Positions 50,278 through 64,000 of a DNA stretch of 64,000 bases are shown piece after piece. Source of the DNA: Eledone cirrhosa (taxonomy: Eukaryota); the NCBI GenBank assembly GCA_964016885.1, contig OZ024742.1, forward strand, positions 329,902,001 to 329,966,000, written 5' to 3'. Position 1 is the first letter of the stretch. Every line of letters starts with the position of its first letter. A program made the position numbers and the translations under genes. The notes under the pieces were generated by a model. That model worked only from the letters and a program-made list of their open reading frames with translations. It was not told the DNA's origin and did no database searches.

Positions 50278-52190
50278 TATTGTTAATAACATAGTATATA
50301 AATGTAAAGTTAACACTAAGGACTCAATTTATTCATATATAGGAACTACCTCTAACAAATTTAAGGTAAGATTTAATACCCACAAACATAGTTTTAAAAA
50401 TGCCGCACTAGCTAATACAACATCTCTAGCTGAAATAATTAATAGTTATAGAAAGAGGAATATAGATTATGACCTGACCTGGAGTGTGCTCAAAAGGGCC
50501 ACCCCTTATCAAAATAGTAGATATGAATGTAGATTATGTTCCAAATAACTTTTTGAAATAATGAAATCTAAGGATATCCTATTAAATAAGCGACAGGAAT
50601 TAATAATTGTTTCTACTTTTAGCACAAGGCCAGCAATTACTGGTACTTTATTTTATCGACCCCGTAAGGATGAAAGGCAAAGTTAACCTCGGCGGGATTT
50701 GAACTCAGATCATAAAGGGAGGTAACTCTATGCTTCAAAGCATGGCACCCGACCCTCTACCGATACTGCCAATCCACCGCCCTTCGACAGGAATTAATAA
50801 TATCGTGTAATCATAACTGAGAAAAACCTTTAAATATTATAAACCTAATTAATATACACTTTAGAAATTAATATATAAACTATTTTTAATTTAGTTAACC
50901 TATAATTAAAATTCTACTACTGATGAACTACATAATTCTGCTTTAAATATTATAAACCTAATTAATATACACTTTAGAAATTAATATATAACATTTTTAA
51001 TTTAGTTAACCTATAATTAATATTCTACTACTGATGAACTACATAATTTTGCTGTCCTTCTTACAAATATCATTTCCTAAAACTGATACCATTAAGTAAA
51101 TATATATAATGCTTTAACTTCAGGTTATGACTCTATGTTCCTTGAAAACTATATATATTTATTATTTCTCACTAATAAATTTAATTCCCCCCACCTATAA
51201 TTATATGTATATGTAAGTGTGTATGTGTGTGTATATATATGTGTATGTATGTATATATGCATATATATATATATATATGTATGTATGTGTGTCTGTGTAT
51301 GTGTATATATATGTATAAATATATATATATATATAAAAATATATATATATATATTAATTTTATATTCTTTTAATTTCCCCTCATCTTTAACAGCCCTTAT
51401 CAACTGCATCTAACTATTATTTATCATATCTATATGTATTAGTATACTTTTATCAATATAAATATACCCATCAATTAAATTAATTTATATTATTTTCATA
51501 GATGTATTTTTTTCACTAACATTCTTATCGTAAAACTTTAGTCACCTTAGATATTTGTATTGGCATTACTATTTTATAACAGCAACTGCTTGTATACCTT
51601 TTACTGACCACCTGACCTATTTTCACCCCTAAAATAAGCTTCAATTACTACTATTTTACCATTCGGCCAATTATTAACTTTCTATTGGTTAATTCTAAAC
51701 CTCTTACCATACAGACAGAATATATTAGATCTTTGTTGGTTTTATTCAATGAACAAATAAAATTATTTCTGAGGTCAGCATAAGACCTACTTCTTCCCTA
51801 AAATAATCCTTCATTCATAATATTCTTTTCCATGCAAAACTGAAATATACCTTCCTCTACCCATAATTTAAGGTTCTTCTACTACTATATTACTATCTTG
51901 ACCTTCACTATCTCTCTATTGGTCAATTCAAAACCTGTTCCCAAACAGACCTATTGTATTGAATCTTTGTTTTTTTCAATAAAGAAATATCATTATTTCT
52001 GAAGACAGCATATATATGTGTAGGTATGTATATTCCCTCTGATAGTTTGTATAAATATTGTACATAGATCTATAGAATATGCATACCAACTCTAACACAT
52101 ATATATCCTAGAAACGATCGTAAATTGCTGATTTTTTTTTTAAATATAAGGAACTCTTTCTTTGTTTATTCATTGTTTTATTAATTTATG
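50278..52190 (+). mobile_element. PLE 3' fragment: GIY-YIG remnant (50278-~50840) + AT-rich 3' region ending in a long-stem-II HHR (51994-52127)
   Basis: NIVYKC...YIGTT...CRLC; 3' end homologous to 29767-29970. Confidence 0.75.
50608..50784 (-). mobile_element. tRNA-type SINE
   Basis: 17-bp TSD CGACAGGAATTAATAAT. Confidence 0.92.
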
Positions 52191-52192
52191 TA

Positions 52193-52337
<145 letters not shown>

Positions 52338-52339
52338 TA

Positions 52340-53028
52340 TCTAGTGATTCTAAGGACATGATTTATGATATATTGCTCTGATTATTTAATTTATTAATTC
52401 TTCATTGAGCCACAACGTGACCGGTTGCAAATCATTTATATCAATGACTTTATGTATATGTAAACATTTATATTTAATAATCTCCCGTAAGGTTGAGATA
52501 CAATTGGGCGATATTGGGCTGCGCTTTCTAGCAACAAGCCTACCCGCCGTAAACAACTAATCACATTCTTACTAACTTGACCACTGCCACATCACGTTTC
52601 TTAGCCATTTTTGAATCCATTTTTGGCGCGATTACTTTGGAAAATTAAATGTCTAATTTTGAGTTCGCTCCTGATGAGTCCGAAACTCTGGACATTTCCT
52701 GTTATTGAATGTCTTAAAATACGGACGAAACCATGGTAGAGATGATTATGGTATGTACACATTTCTTCTAAGTTTGAATTTACACATAATTGTGTATGGT
52801 TGACGGTATATTTAGTCAGTTTTTACATCATGTTGAAATGTTGGATAAATACTCTATCGTGGCCACCGCGAAGAGGCCGCTTTCGGTTATTTGTCGAAAA
52901 TTTCTTCATAGGAGTCTTTATTCTTATAGCTTGGTCTAATTGATTTGTTATATGGTTAATTATGCTAATTGGGAAAGGAAATGGTATATATTTGTTCTAG
53001 TGATTCTAAGGACATGATTATGATATAT
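52340..53028 (+). mobile_element. 656-bp monomer with ~33-bp terminal direct repeat and internal HHR
   Basis: TCTAGTGATTCTAAGGACATGATT at 52340 and 52996; flanked by (TA)n. Confidence 0.8.
52668..52741 (+). ncRNA. Type I hammerhead, canonical core
   Basis: CTC-CTGATGA-GTCCG[...]CGGAC-GAAA-CCATGG-TA-GAG. Confidence 0.8.
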
Positions 53029-54446
53029 ATATATATATATATATATATCAATACGTCATTCATAGTCAAGTAACAACACGAGAATGTTTGGTCCGTCTCC
53101 GTATCACTAAATTGTGTTGCTTTGCAAACGGATTATGTATCGATTGCCTAGAGCCATCTGAAGTTATGGATTGCTTCATGATATTATAATGTATCAATTA
53201 GATAACTGAAAGATATATCATGGCTATTTTGTATTTAAACAAATTATATAATCTAGACTTCATGCTGTCTTTTTGATGTGTTGAACTACATCATACTATA
53301 TCATATCAAAATCTATAAGATATGAATTATAACGAAAGCTATTTCCATACGACACCATGGTTTTCTTAATCATAAGTGCATTCCGTATGCTATCAATAAA
53401 TTTAAAATGTTTTGGCTCATATTCTGACAAGAGGAGAAACAATTGCACATTAATATCTCGTCGTTGTTATCTTCAAATTTGCCACAATGTCTCCTACATC
53501 TTCTTTGCTACGCATTGGAAGTGTAGCCTTTCAGAAATGTACAGAGATGAGCCACAGGACTGAATCACGCCGAGTGAAACGTGAATTGAAGAAAACGGGC
53601 TTAGTATTTGCATGAAAAAATCATACATACTATCATGCAGAGCATCGAGCCAAGTTTTGCTTCGAAATTTGTCATCACATAATTTTAGACAAAATGAAAG
53701 CAGAAACACAACATACAAGACAAGAACACATTAATGAAAACATCTAGGCAACAGGAGAAAGCAAATACACATCCATGCCACTTCTAATTATATATGCTCC
53801 CCTCTATTGGGTCACATACCTAGTTCTTGTATTGGCGATTAATTCTTTCTAGACAAGCACATTTCCATTGGGATTTCAGCTGACATTTCTCTTTATATTT
53901 CCAATAGTTATCTGTCAGATTTAACCTTTTTCCTTAAGTAATTTACCATAACTTTCGTGATATTCTTTAAAGACAATTAATTCTCCAAATATACATCGGA
54001 TGGTTCTATGAATATATTCATAAGTATAAGGTGGTTCTATCAATATATTCATATGAATTATATTGCTTGTGTGGATATTGTGGATAATTCTATTTCTTTG
54101 TTTGTCAAAGTCATCACGTTTTGACATGAAGGGTACTTAAATGCTATTTTGCCTCCAAAGTCTTTTCTTTCTAAGTTTTGAAAACCTGTCTTCCGCTTAC
54201 ATTTTATTCCTTCACCATTCTCCCTGCCTATTTCATTTCCACATTTGAGTGAAGTTGTTCATTTACTTGAACTAGATACAGTATACCTTTCTCTTCATTT
54301 CTACTCACACTCGGCAACTATCTGCTGAAACGGCAAGAGCACAGCCGATGGGGTGTCGACTCTTTATAATATAAACAGTCTGCAACCCCAAGTGTCGAGT
54401 AACTGTTGGGTAAATGTCTAACAATACCCAAACTGAATCCATATTG

Positions 54447-54494
<48 letters not shown>

Positions 54495-54534
54495 GTACAT
54501 ACACACACATATATATATATACAAATATATATAT

Positions 54535-54572
<38 letters not shown>

Positions 54573-54650
54573 CCGGGAGCTTCCAACAGTAATGGTTGCA
54601 TTCTTTAAGGGTATGTGCATATTTAATTATAAAACTGCTCTATATTATAT

Positions 54651-54709
54651 TTTATCTGATGAAAGCACACCATAATTAAACTTGGTGTCCTTGAAATATG
54701 TATAATGAA
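54651..54709 (+). ncRNA. Type I hammerhead in a short insert (~54573-54841) between (TA)n tracts
   Basis: TTTAT-CTGATGA-AAGCACACCA[TAATTAAACT]TGGTGTCCTT-GAAA-TATGTA-TA-ATGAA. Confidence 0.7.
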
Positions 54710-54840
54710 ATAAATATGGTTTTATAAATATAGTTTCCATTTGTTAATATCGTATTTTTACTCCAATTATTCGTTGAGTGCTTTATATCAGTTATAAAAA
54801 ATATTTGCTTGTTGTATCCCAACAATTTAAATTGAACATT

Positions 54841-54875
<35 letters not shown>

Positions 54876-54906
54876 TATATATGCATACGTACATACACAC
54901 ACACAC

Positions 54907-54960
<54 letters not shown>

Positions 54961-55332
54961 GTGTGTGTGTGTGTGTGTGGGTGGGTGTGTATGCGTGTGT
55001 GCGCGTGGATGTTCGTATTTGTGTTTATATGTGAATAGTTTCCAGTCCTTGTACGCACACACTCATATGACAATTCTGTTAATGTATTAATTGGAACACA
55101 TTTGCTTGTTATTGTTTACAAATGTCATATATGATATATCGATATGTACGCCATGTGTGAATCACTACTGCAGAAAAAAATCTAAAATGCATATCAAACA
55201 TGCCATAAAACTGTCTTCAGTTTTCCCATTAAGGTAGTTACTTTTGAAACTGAAATAAATTAAAAACATTAAAAACTAACATTACATATAATCTACTGAA
55301 ATGTACACAAAACACGAATAAAAGTAATAAAC

Positions 55333-55396
<64 letters not shown>

Positions 55397-56014
55397 GTAT
55401 ATATATATATGTATATATATGTCTATATATATATACATATATATATATGTGTGTGTGTGTGTGGGTCTATGTGTATGTGCGTGTATGCACATGTGTGTGT
55501 GCGTGCCTGAATTTGAGTGTGTATATGTAAGTATATGTGCATATGCACGTGTGTCTGTGTGTATACACCTATCTACGTGCGTGCATGTATGTAAGTAACA
55601 TGATAATGGAGTAAAAACACCAGGTTCGGTGGCAGCAAGGACAGAAACAAGAGCAGATATAGTGGTATACACCATTCAGATACATTATATGTATCAGAAA
55701 TTAGTAATTGTATCTATATATTTCCAGAATACAAAACTGAACAGACATATCTTGTAGAATAGCATTTCAACCACTTACATGTCCACATACTCTCAACAAT
55801 TATAGTCAAAATATATTCAAATAGATATGTGAGCAAAATGCACATATGCACTGCCACTCAAATAAACTCTAATAGATAGAGAAATGTAAGACGTAGACAT
55901 TAAAGTCCATATTCTACACAATATAGGAATATCGTGTGCATAGCACATTGTATCTCTAAACATGTGCATGTCTTTATAAACGCACATGTAATTACATATC
56001 CATACAAGTATGAA

Positions 56015-56061
<47 letters not shown>

Positions 56062-56647
56062 ATATATATATATATATATATATTGATAAATAATATGTAT
56101 AAATAATATATATATGTAGGTGTGTGGGTGAATGTATGTGTGTGTGCATGCATATTGAGGTGTTAAGTGTGTTCCCTTTTTTCTTATAAAATGTCTATTG
56201 TTTGCTATAAATGCTTCCTGACCATGATACGATGGATTCTCTATATGTTATTTCAAAATGCTGGAAATACTACTAATTGTCATGCCAATTTAATTATTAG
56301 AGGCTGTATAGAAGTTGATTTTCCAACAAAGTATGATTGCCACTACTGAATAACCCTTTTATTTATGTGTTTCCGATTAAGGAGAATTCGAAATAAAGAA
56401 CGATTTTGATTATCAATCGTTAGAAGTGAACTTATATCGCTATTTCGGAAATGTAGAGTATCATTTTAAATAAAAGTGAAAACCTTGCAGCGTAGGCTCA
56501 GTTATTACTTGGGCATGAAATGTATGGATACTATATATTTCCCAAATATATCCTTTATTTATGATGTATCCTTGTAAATACACTAATAAGAGATTCATAT
56601 ATCATTAGGTTTCTAACGAATTATGGTTGACAGCACACACATATAAA

Positions 56648-56700
<53 letters not shown>

Positions 56701-56702
<2 letters not shown>

Positions 56703-56909
56703 CGAAGGAAATGTGGTAAGGAAACATATGGACCATAACGCACCAAAGTACTCAATACTTAGGGAAGTAGAGTGGGTAATAGGAACAAATAGGACCCCGA
56801 CGGCTGAGCTCAAGCCGTTTCGACGGCTAATTCTGGACTAAAAAAAAAAGTCCAGAATTAGCCGTCGAAACGGCTTGAGCCCAGCCGTCAGGGTACTATT
56901 TGTTCCTAT

Positions 56910-56910
<1 letters not shown>
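56701..56910. mobile_element. Asymmetric fold-back, same family as 2373-2563
   Basis: same AACGAAGGAAATGTGG terminus; arms around an A-run. Confidence 0.8.
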
Positions 56911-56958
<48 letters not shown>

Positions 56959-58699
56959 ACGATAAAGGATGTAATAAGCTCATCAAAAGTAGAAGCTATA
57001 AAATATTGCAAACCAAGAAAAACAGCAAAACAATTAAAGAAATTTAAATCCTAAAACGTTCATTAGTGATGGATATGTCCTAAATTCGTTTATTTAAGTT
57101 ACACATACAATCAATCTCAATACTAGAATTTAAATGACTCTGATAAAAGAGATACCGCCACAAGCTATGTAAGTGTGGCAAATGCATTTCACTCTGGTTA
57201 ATGAATGTCCATATGCACTTAAGTTTGTCCAATATATCCCTAATGTTTCTACTGTGAACATCAATGACGAAGATAGAACTCTCACCCTTCAGAATACATA
57301 TGTATTCTGAAGCATAACTTGAAACTAATTAAGATTAAAAGCAGATCAAGAAAATGGGTAGCATTAACAAACAAATTAATTAAATGATTTATAGAATACC
57401 GTATCCAATCTTGGATAATGCTATATAAAAGTATTCTACAAGTTTGAATATTCATAAAAGTATACCGGTCCTACAGCAAAAGGGAAGCTCCCCGAAACAA
57501 ATAAACAAGATTATGTATAAAATGCAATTATAAACTGATCCTTAACAGATATATTGTCTTCTTAAGCAAACATTAATATCGATATCTTCAACCAACAACT
57601 ATATTCATCTGTCATAGTAGTCATAAAGGAAATTGGACACTTCCTCATAGCTACTTAACCATTAAACTCATAAACGTGAGCAAAGAACATAGAAACAAAT
57701 ATTCGGCGAAATAGAAAAGAAAATACTGCATCTCTAAATTATTAAAGGAACCAACTACAAACGATACAAATGTGAAAAATAAATTAAGGGAGATACAACC
57801 AAAATACAACAGGATAACAAAACAAGCACCAGATATAAAAGAACGCCTCAAACCACAGAATGCCGTTTATTTGCAAATTATCATTTGTTTAATGAAATAG
57901 ATTTTTTTTTAAAGTAAACAATTTCTCTTAGAATTAGCTAAAAACAGAGGACATGCTAATGCTGCGCCGATGGCAATAGAATCAACACGTTTTAAGATAA
58001 ATGTATGGACAGATGATGGATTGGCATTGGTTAAAATATTCAAAGCAAGCGCAGACTTGCGTATAACTTAGCATTAATAAACAAGGCAAAGTACAACATA
58101 GCTAAATGAGAGAAAGTGGGGAGGGGGCGTTTTATGCGCATTTTATAAATCTTTGAAAGGGCTAATAATTGCAAACACAATACCAATATTTTAGCTCTTT
58201 TATAATAGGTTATATATTTATAATACACTTATCTTGAAACTCTGCGTATTCTTTTTACTAGAAATGAGCGATATGATTTCAAATGAAATACACAAATAAA
58301 ATACGCTACAGCTAGCTTATTTGTACCCTGAATTCAAAGGGATAGTAAACTCTCGCAATATTAAATCTCTTCGAAATTAACTACTGTGGGATAACTGGTT
58401 ACTTTAGGAAATTAACGCAAAAACCTACAAAACATGAACACGGCAAAATTTGTTTCTTTAAGAGTTAAACAAAGACGACAAATATAAAACATAATAAGAT
58501 ATCGGAAATCTCTAGAGTGTTCTGGAAAATATGATGATATTCGTAGAGGTAAAGGTATGAAGAAGCGTCGATCAATGCTTCCATTGTTCTTCTCATTGAC
58601 ATTATTATCTGCCAGGCCTACCTAATGGAAATAGCATTTTAACTCATAACGCACAATGCCACTTCAGTTATCGGCTCTTTATCAATTCCCATAATCTTA

Positions 58700-58850
58700 C
58701 CTCTCTTGGTTCGTACTTAATTTTTCGACCAAGAACGATTGAAAGTCAAAGTTGACCTCGGTGAGATTTGAAATCAGAAGGCAGAGAACCTTATCAAATT
58801 CCGAAGGAGTTATTCCGTCGATGTAACAATTGAGCCAGTTCACTGCATTA
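58700..58850 (-). mobile_element. Old diverged SINE
   Basis: GTACTTAATTTTTCGACC...AAAGTTGACCTCGGTGAGATTTGAA resembles the SINE core. Confidence 0.55.
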
Positions 58851-59319
58851 AAGTAAATTATAAACTGAATGAAAAAGATTTGGTTGACTCATGATTTTAC
58901 AGATGCTATAAAGGTCTGTATATTGCTAACATTTGAAAAGAGTAAATATTTCTCAGCATAGAGTAAAAAGCTCAGAAGAATAGTGTTATTGATCGCAGCA
59001 ACATACGGAACACTCCAAATTCAGAAACCACACACATTTTGGATGAAAATATTATAGGATCTAACATGAAGCTTATGGCAAGAAACAATATATCACAAAG
59101 TATTTAAAAGTTCTTTATTAAGCAAAAAGGAGAATATATGCAGCCATGTCATAACCTCAAATAATGCAGAGTAAAGATTTACCTACATTTGTATAATAAA
59201 ATGTATGGGATAATTAGTGACAATAAATTGGAATACTTCGATTCAAATATTAAGATGTATCCAGAAAAGAGGGAAATATTTCCTAATAGGAGAATTAATT
59301 ATAATGACAAACAAGTTAT

Positions 59320-59985
59320 ATCCTTTGATGGGGGCAATGGTGGTTTACAAAAACTTCGTGTATAAACAAATAAACAAAAACAATTGACAATACAATTACA
59401 ACAATAAAAACATCTCCATTGGGAGCAACAAACCACTAATCCTGAATCACCCGACGCTTCGAAGGCACTAGCAAAGAGCACCCCTCTCCTCATATGAACC
59501 AGCCTACAGGCACGTTCTCACAGTCGACCCATTCACACGGGCCATTCTCGCCTCATTCACCCAATATTTAGCTAATATACGGGGGAGCAGCTTTTCTCTA
59601 TCCACCATCAAATTCTTTGCCAAGTGAAACTTGAAAAAAGTGATGGAGGGTTGGCCGAAGAATAAAGTGACTATTAACACCCCTTTCAACTAGGTCCACC
59701 ACACAACCGCTTTTACTACCGCCCCTATATAGAGGAATGCTGCATGCCTTTCCCGGTCAAAAGCAAGCGGCGATGTGATCTTCGGACTTGGTCGATAGCC
59801 GGATCCATCCTACACGCGACAATAGCTGTTCGACATAATTCCACAAGTCGGTAATTCCCGGATACTGCACGAGTGTGTGCTAAACGGTTACATCTGAGAG
59901 CACTTCCGTGCCTGTATAGTTATCGCGAACTGGCAGTGCCCTCTTGTAGTACTACCATGCGAGGGATATCTGGAGGTTTCTAATT
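59320..59985 (-). pseudogene. Decayed Tx1/L1-like 3' end
   Basis: WVNEARMARVNGS matches WVKVARMARVNGP of ORF 74-601. Confidence 0.75.
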
Positions 59986-61584
59986 GAAACACTCACTGAT
60001 TATCATAAATGTTTCAAGTTATCAGATCAACCTTTTCATCTTTGCTACGATCGTGTGTAAACTCAAAAATTGGTGTTAAACATTATTTGCATGACTATGA
60101 AATGTATATTTAGTGACGTATTCTAATATCAATCCAGAAAGGGTATCAAATACAGAAATAACAGACCTTAAGAAAAACATGAATACATTAAATACGCAAC
60201 AGAATGTCAAAGAAGTTGAATAAAAAAACTCACATTTTAAATATTGAGAATATAGCTCCATGAAATAGATATTTCGTGTTATGCTAAATAAAATAACTAA
60301 CACAATATCATGAAATCAAACTCTAGAGCATCTAAATAATACTGAATAAAAAAAGGACGGACAAGGCTTTCAGATACAAATATACGAATACATATATATA
60401 CAAACGTCAATATCAGAAAGCACTGAATATTTTAAATATTGGAAATTTAGAATATAGCAATATATCAAACGTTGAAATATTTAGAAATATTAAAGTCAAT
60501 ATAATAGCATCATATAGATCAGTGAACACCTATTACCATAATAACATATACAAAATAATGCTTTCAATAAACGTTGATAGTCCTCTAAAACTACTCGTAT
60601 AGGGGGATCTAACTTAAATAAACAATAAAGAGAAATAGACGAAATAAGGTCTAGAAATAACCCAGAATATTTAATACATTCAAACAAAGGAATTTGTGAA
60701 CTTAAAAGAAAATTAAAAAGGAATTAAATGCTTACCAAGAAAGATGAATCCAAAATCATAGAACATTTAACACAAGAAAATCTTTTAAAAAACACAGAAT
60801 CCGTCTTTATCAAATATGACAGCTTTTCTTTGAGTAAAATAATCAATTTGATCCAATCTATTAGGAAGCCCACTAAAACCAATAGCATTCTAAAAACCAA
60901 TGAACATCTAAGAGCACGAGAAGAAGAATATCATTACCGAGTAGTGTGTAGATATAATCTCAGTCGAGATAACAATAACAACGGAATTAGCCTAGACGCA
61001 TAGAGACTACAGGCAATAAAACAAGGCTGCAATCTCATACAAATATTCCTTTGGGGAAAAATAATAATAATGAGGAGGAGGTTTGCTATATTCCAAAACA
61101 AATGACAAAGCATACTGTCAAGCGTTACAATTCAAGTCAAATCTGAGAACACTTTAACTAATACTAATGCAGTTTGGAGTTTTCATCTATAAGGAAATGT
61201 ATACTCAATACACGGGAGAACGTCATCGCAGCGACAGAAATTACTCACACATATACGTGCCTCTCTTGTATGTGACTTGCCAGGCTACGAACTAGGACTA
61301 GGTTTCACTTCAGCTCTTATAAATCCTTATACATAGTGCTGCCTTTTGTAATTTACATAACGTACGACATCAAGATGGAGTCAGTGGATGGCGTTTCTTC
61401 TCACATTTCGTACTTATCTTTATATGCAACAGGTTACGTAAATGAAACTGGAGGAATAAATATATATTATATTACACCTACGTATGTGCGATTTTCGTGA
61501 CAAAATTCAAATGTGTATATGTTGTCTTTATAAAATTCTCGAATAATTTTGACTGAAGGTTAATTGTTAAACATTATATATTGG

Positions 61585-61762
61585 TTTGGCAGTATTGGTA
61601 GAAGGTCGGACTCGATGCTTTGCAGTAAAGAATACGGCCCTTTCTGGTCTGAGTTCAAATCCCACCGAGGTTAACTTTGCCTCTCATCCTTACGGGCTCG
61701 ATAACATAAAGTACCAGTAATACACTGTGATAATTGCTGGCCTTGTGCCAAAAATAGAAACA
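61585..61762 (+). mobile_element. tRNA-type SINE
   Basis: TSD ATTATATATTGG. Confidence 0.9.
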
Positions 61763-62612
61763 ATTATATATTGGATTTCATTATAATGGCAATCCTGAAA
61801 ATGATTTTGTGTTTATGATAACTAAGTTTACGGAAACATTCTGGGACTAGGAATGGTAAATTTTATATGAATTACATATGAATGTTATTGAAATTTATTT
61901 TCACAACCTATCATTATAGAACATTAATGAATCATGGTAACAATATTCATTAAGGATTTGCTTATAATATTATATTTGTTTCATATTTATATACATTGTG
62001 AATGTTTACCTGCTTATTACGAGTTATAGTATGCATTGTATTTTGTGTCAAAACATTGGGAAGAAAGAGAGTGGTAATTATACTATCATGTAATGTTAGG
62101 TTGATTCCCAGGGTGTAATTTTCTGTGTGATATTAATGGATAATAAAATGTAACATTTCGGACTCGTTTTATTAGTGTCAGTTTTAGGGGACACATTTAT
62201 GTGTTCCAATGTCATAAATGAATGAAAGTGACTATTAAAGATAGAATAGCCGTTAGAAGACATAATATGAATATATAAATGATTATGACTTTGCAAAAAT
62301 TAAGAGGAATTTATATTAACCATAAATTTCTACAAATAATTTTAGGAGGATGTGAATTTAAAATTAGTTAATATAACTTAAGGGAGGTAATATTTATCAT
62401 AAATGTTTGAACGTAGCAATTATACGAGTGGAACACATAATTTAGTTTTAGTCAATTACTGGGATGGAAAATAGAAAATAGCTAGATGCACCGTAACTAC
62501 AAGGACGCTAAGTTCACTTGTTGCCTAAGGCAATTTGAAACAAATACTAATAACATTTAAATACTGAATGGGTTAATATGTATGGCACACACACATATAT
62601 ATATATATATAT

Positions 62613-63252
62613 ATAAGAGTGTATTGAAGTTTGCTTGAAGCATTGTGGAATAATAAAAAAAAATTGGTCGTTTTGGAAGCCTCAACAATGCAGGTAGGTA
62701 AATCTCCAGGTAACATAATCCGTTGGTGGAGAGAGAGATGTAAGAGAAAATGTAGAATCAGATGTATAGTGTGTAGAGGAACGTAGGAAAGGGCGTACAA
62801 ATAAAAAAAATAATAACACGAGATAGAGTTAGCTTGGGAGAGGTTTAATTGTCCCTATATTTCGGATTTCCTCAACTGGCCGGTTTTCCGAGGGGGAAGT
62901 TATCCGTCGGAGCGGAACGGCACGTGGCCTCTGTTGTCCGCTATTTGTGTGTAACAAAAAGCGGACAACAGAGGCCAGTACCGTTCCTCTCCGACAGATA
63001 ACTTTCCCCATCGGAAGCCCCCCCCCCCCCCGTTGACGGATGCGAAATCCGAAATACAGGGAGAATTAAACCTCTCCTAGGCTAACTCTATCTCGTGTTA
63101 TTATTTTTATGTTTACGCTCTTTCCTACGTTCCTCTACACACTATACATCTCATTCTACATTTCATCATACATCTCTCTCTTCACCACCGGATTCTGTTA
63201 CCTGGAGATTTACCCATCTGCGTTGTTGAGGCTTCCAAAACGACCAGATTTT
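62613..63252. mobile_element. Older ~590-bp fold-back with ~45-bp tail inside (TA)n
   Basis: diverged inverted arms 62660-62945 / 62957-63252. Confidence 0.8.
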
Positions 63253-64000
63253 ATATATATATATATATATGATGGACTGTATTGTCGTGTTCGACGCATG
63301 AAGGCCAACCAATCTTAAATTTCCCTTTACTGCACATTTAGTGACTGTACTCTCTTCGAAACAATAAACCTATCCTGCTTTTGCAAACCAGACAGTATCA
63401 TTCGCACACAAAATGTTGAACAGAAACTTCATTCCTTTCACCTTACTTTAGATCACTGAGGTTTTCAATCTCTGTGTTGACGTGTCTGCTGGTGCCATTT
63501 TGACAGATGATGCTTCAACTATTATGGCAAGCAGCAAATTACGCAAATCTCACTGTTGCATTCCATTACGCTTGATATTATTTATCAGTTTCTCCTTGTA
63601 CCTAATAAGGACTATCCCTACCTTTCGCACTCCCGCTTAAAGTTGGCCATAAATGAAGATGTAGGTGTCTGATATGTTTCGATATGGTCTTTAAGATTCC
63701 GACATATAACTGCATTGTATACTGAGATTTTGATTTTCTAAACTTATTCTACTTACACCATATCTTTGCTCCGAGTATTCCAATGGCATCACTAGCTTTG
63801 GCAATCTATTTACTATTTCATCATTTAAGGAAGCGCAACATTTGATTTGATTTCAGGAGTATGTAAAGCACTTCACATTCTTTAGCGGTTTGTTGTCCAC
63901 AAAAAATATTACATGATGGTGCATTGCATTGTGGCCGAGTTAGTGTTATGTCTCTACTATGAATACGTCCATTCACCGTTCATTTATCAGAAGCTTGCAT

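Noticed and set aside
50828-51050. Two CTGATGA motifs
   Set aside because: Part of a ~110-bp local duplication; no hammerhead stems
57287-57330. 26-bp palindrome CTTCAGAATACATATGTATTCTGAAG followed by GAAAC
   Set aside because: Core reads CTGAAGC and stems do not close
53050-64000. Host exons or old LINE ORFs (53921-54127, 60728-61003)
   Set aside because: Short, with no convincing motifs or splice structure

Overview
AT-rich eukaryotic repeat-dense DNA. The SINE family and giant (TA)n tracts suggest an octopus/cephalopod genome (inference). No host gene can be supported. From 1 to about 53 kb the window is a (TA)n microsatellite field packed with retroelements: at least six Penelope-like elements (PLEs; RT + C-terminal GIY-YIG) from three lineages, a near-full-length CR1-group LINE, a Tx1/L1-like 3' end (a second decayed copy at about 59.4-60 kb) and seven tRNA-type SINE copies across the window, six with TSDs. 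The main hidden signal is RNA-level. About a dozen distinct type I hammerhead ribozyme (HHR) families can be read from the sequence, most with a short palindromic stem III (dimer-type), several with variant cores (U3-A8, U4C, GCAA) or very long stem II. HHRs occur once per monomer in three non-coding tandem arrays (466, 420 and 310 bp; retrozyme-like), in PLE termini, and in many asymmetric fold-back inserts. Arrays, fold-backs and PLEs share one insertion signature: (TA)n target, fixed 3' end, and an inverted terminal copy offset by about 30-165 bp. The long IY/YI-rich ORFs in the track are microsatellite artefacts.
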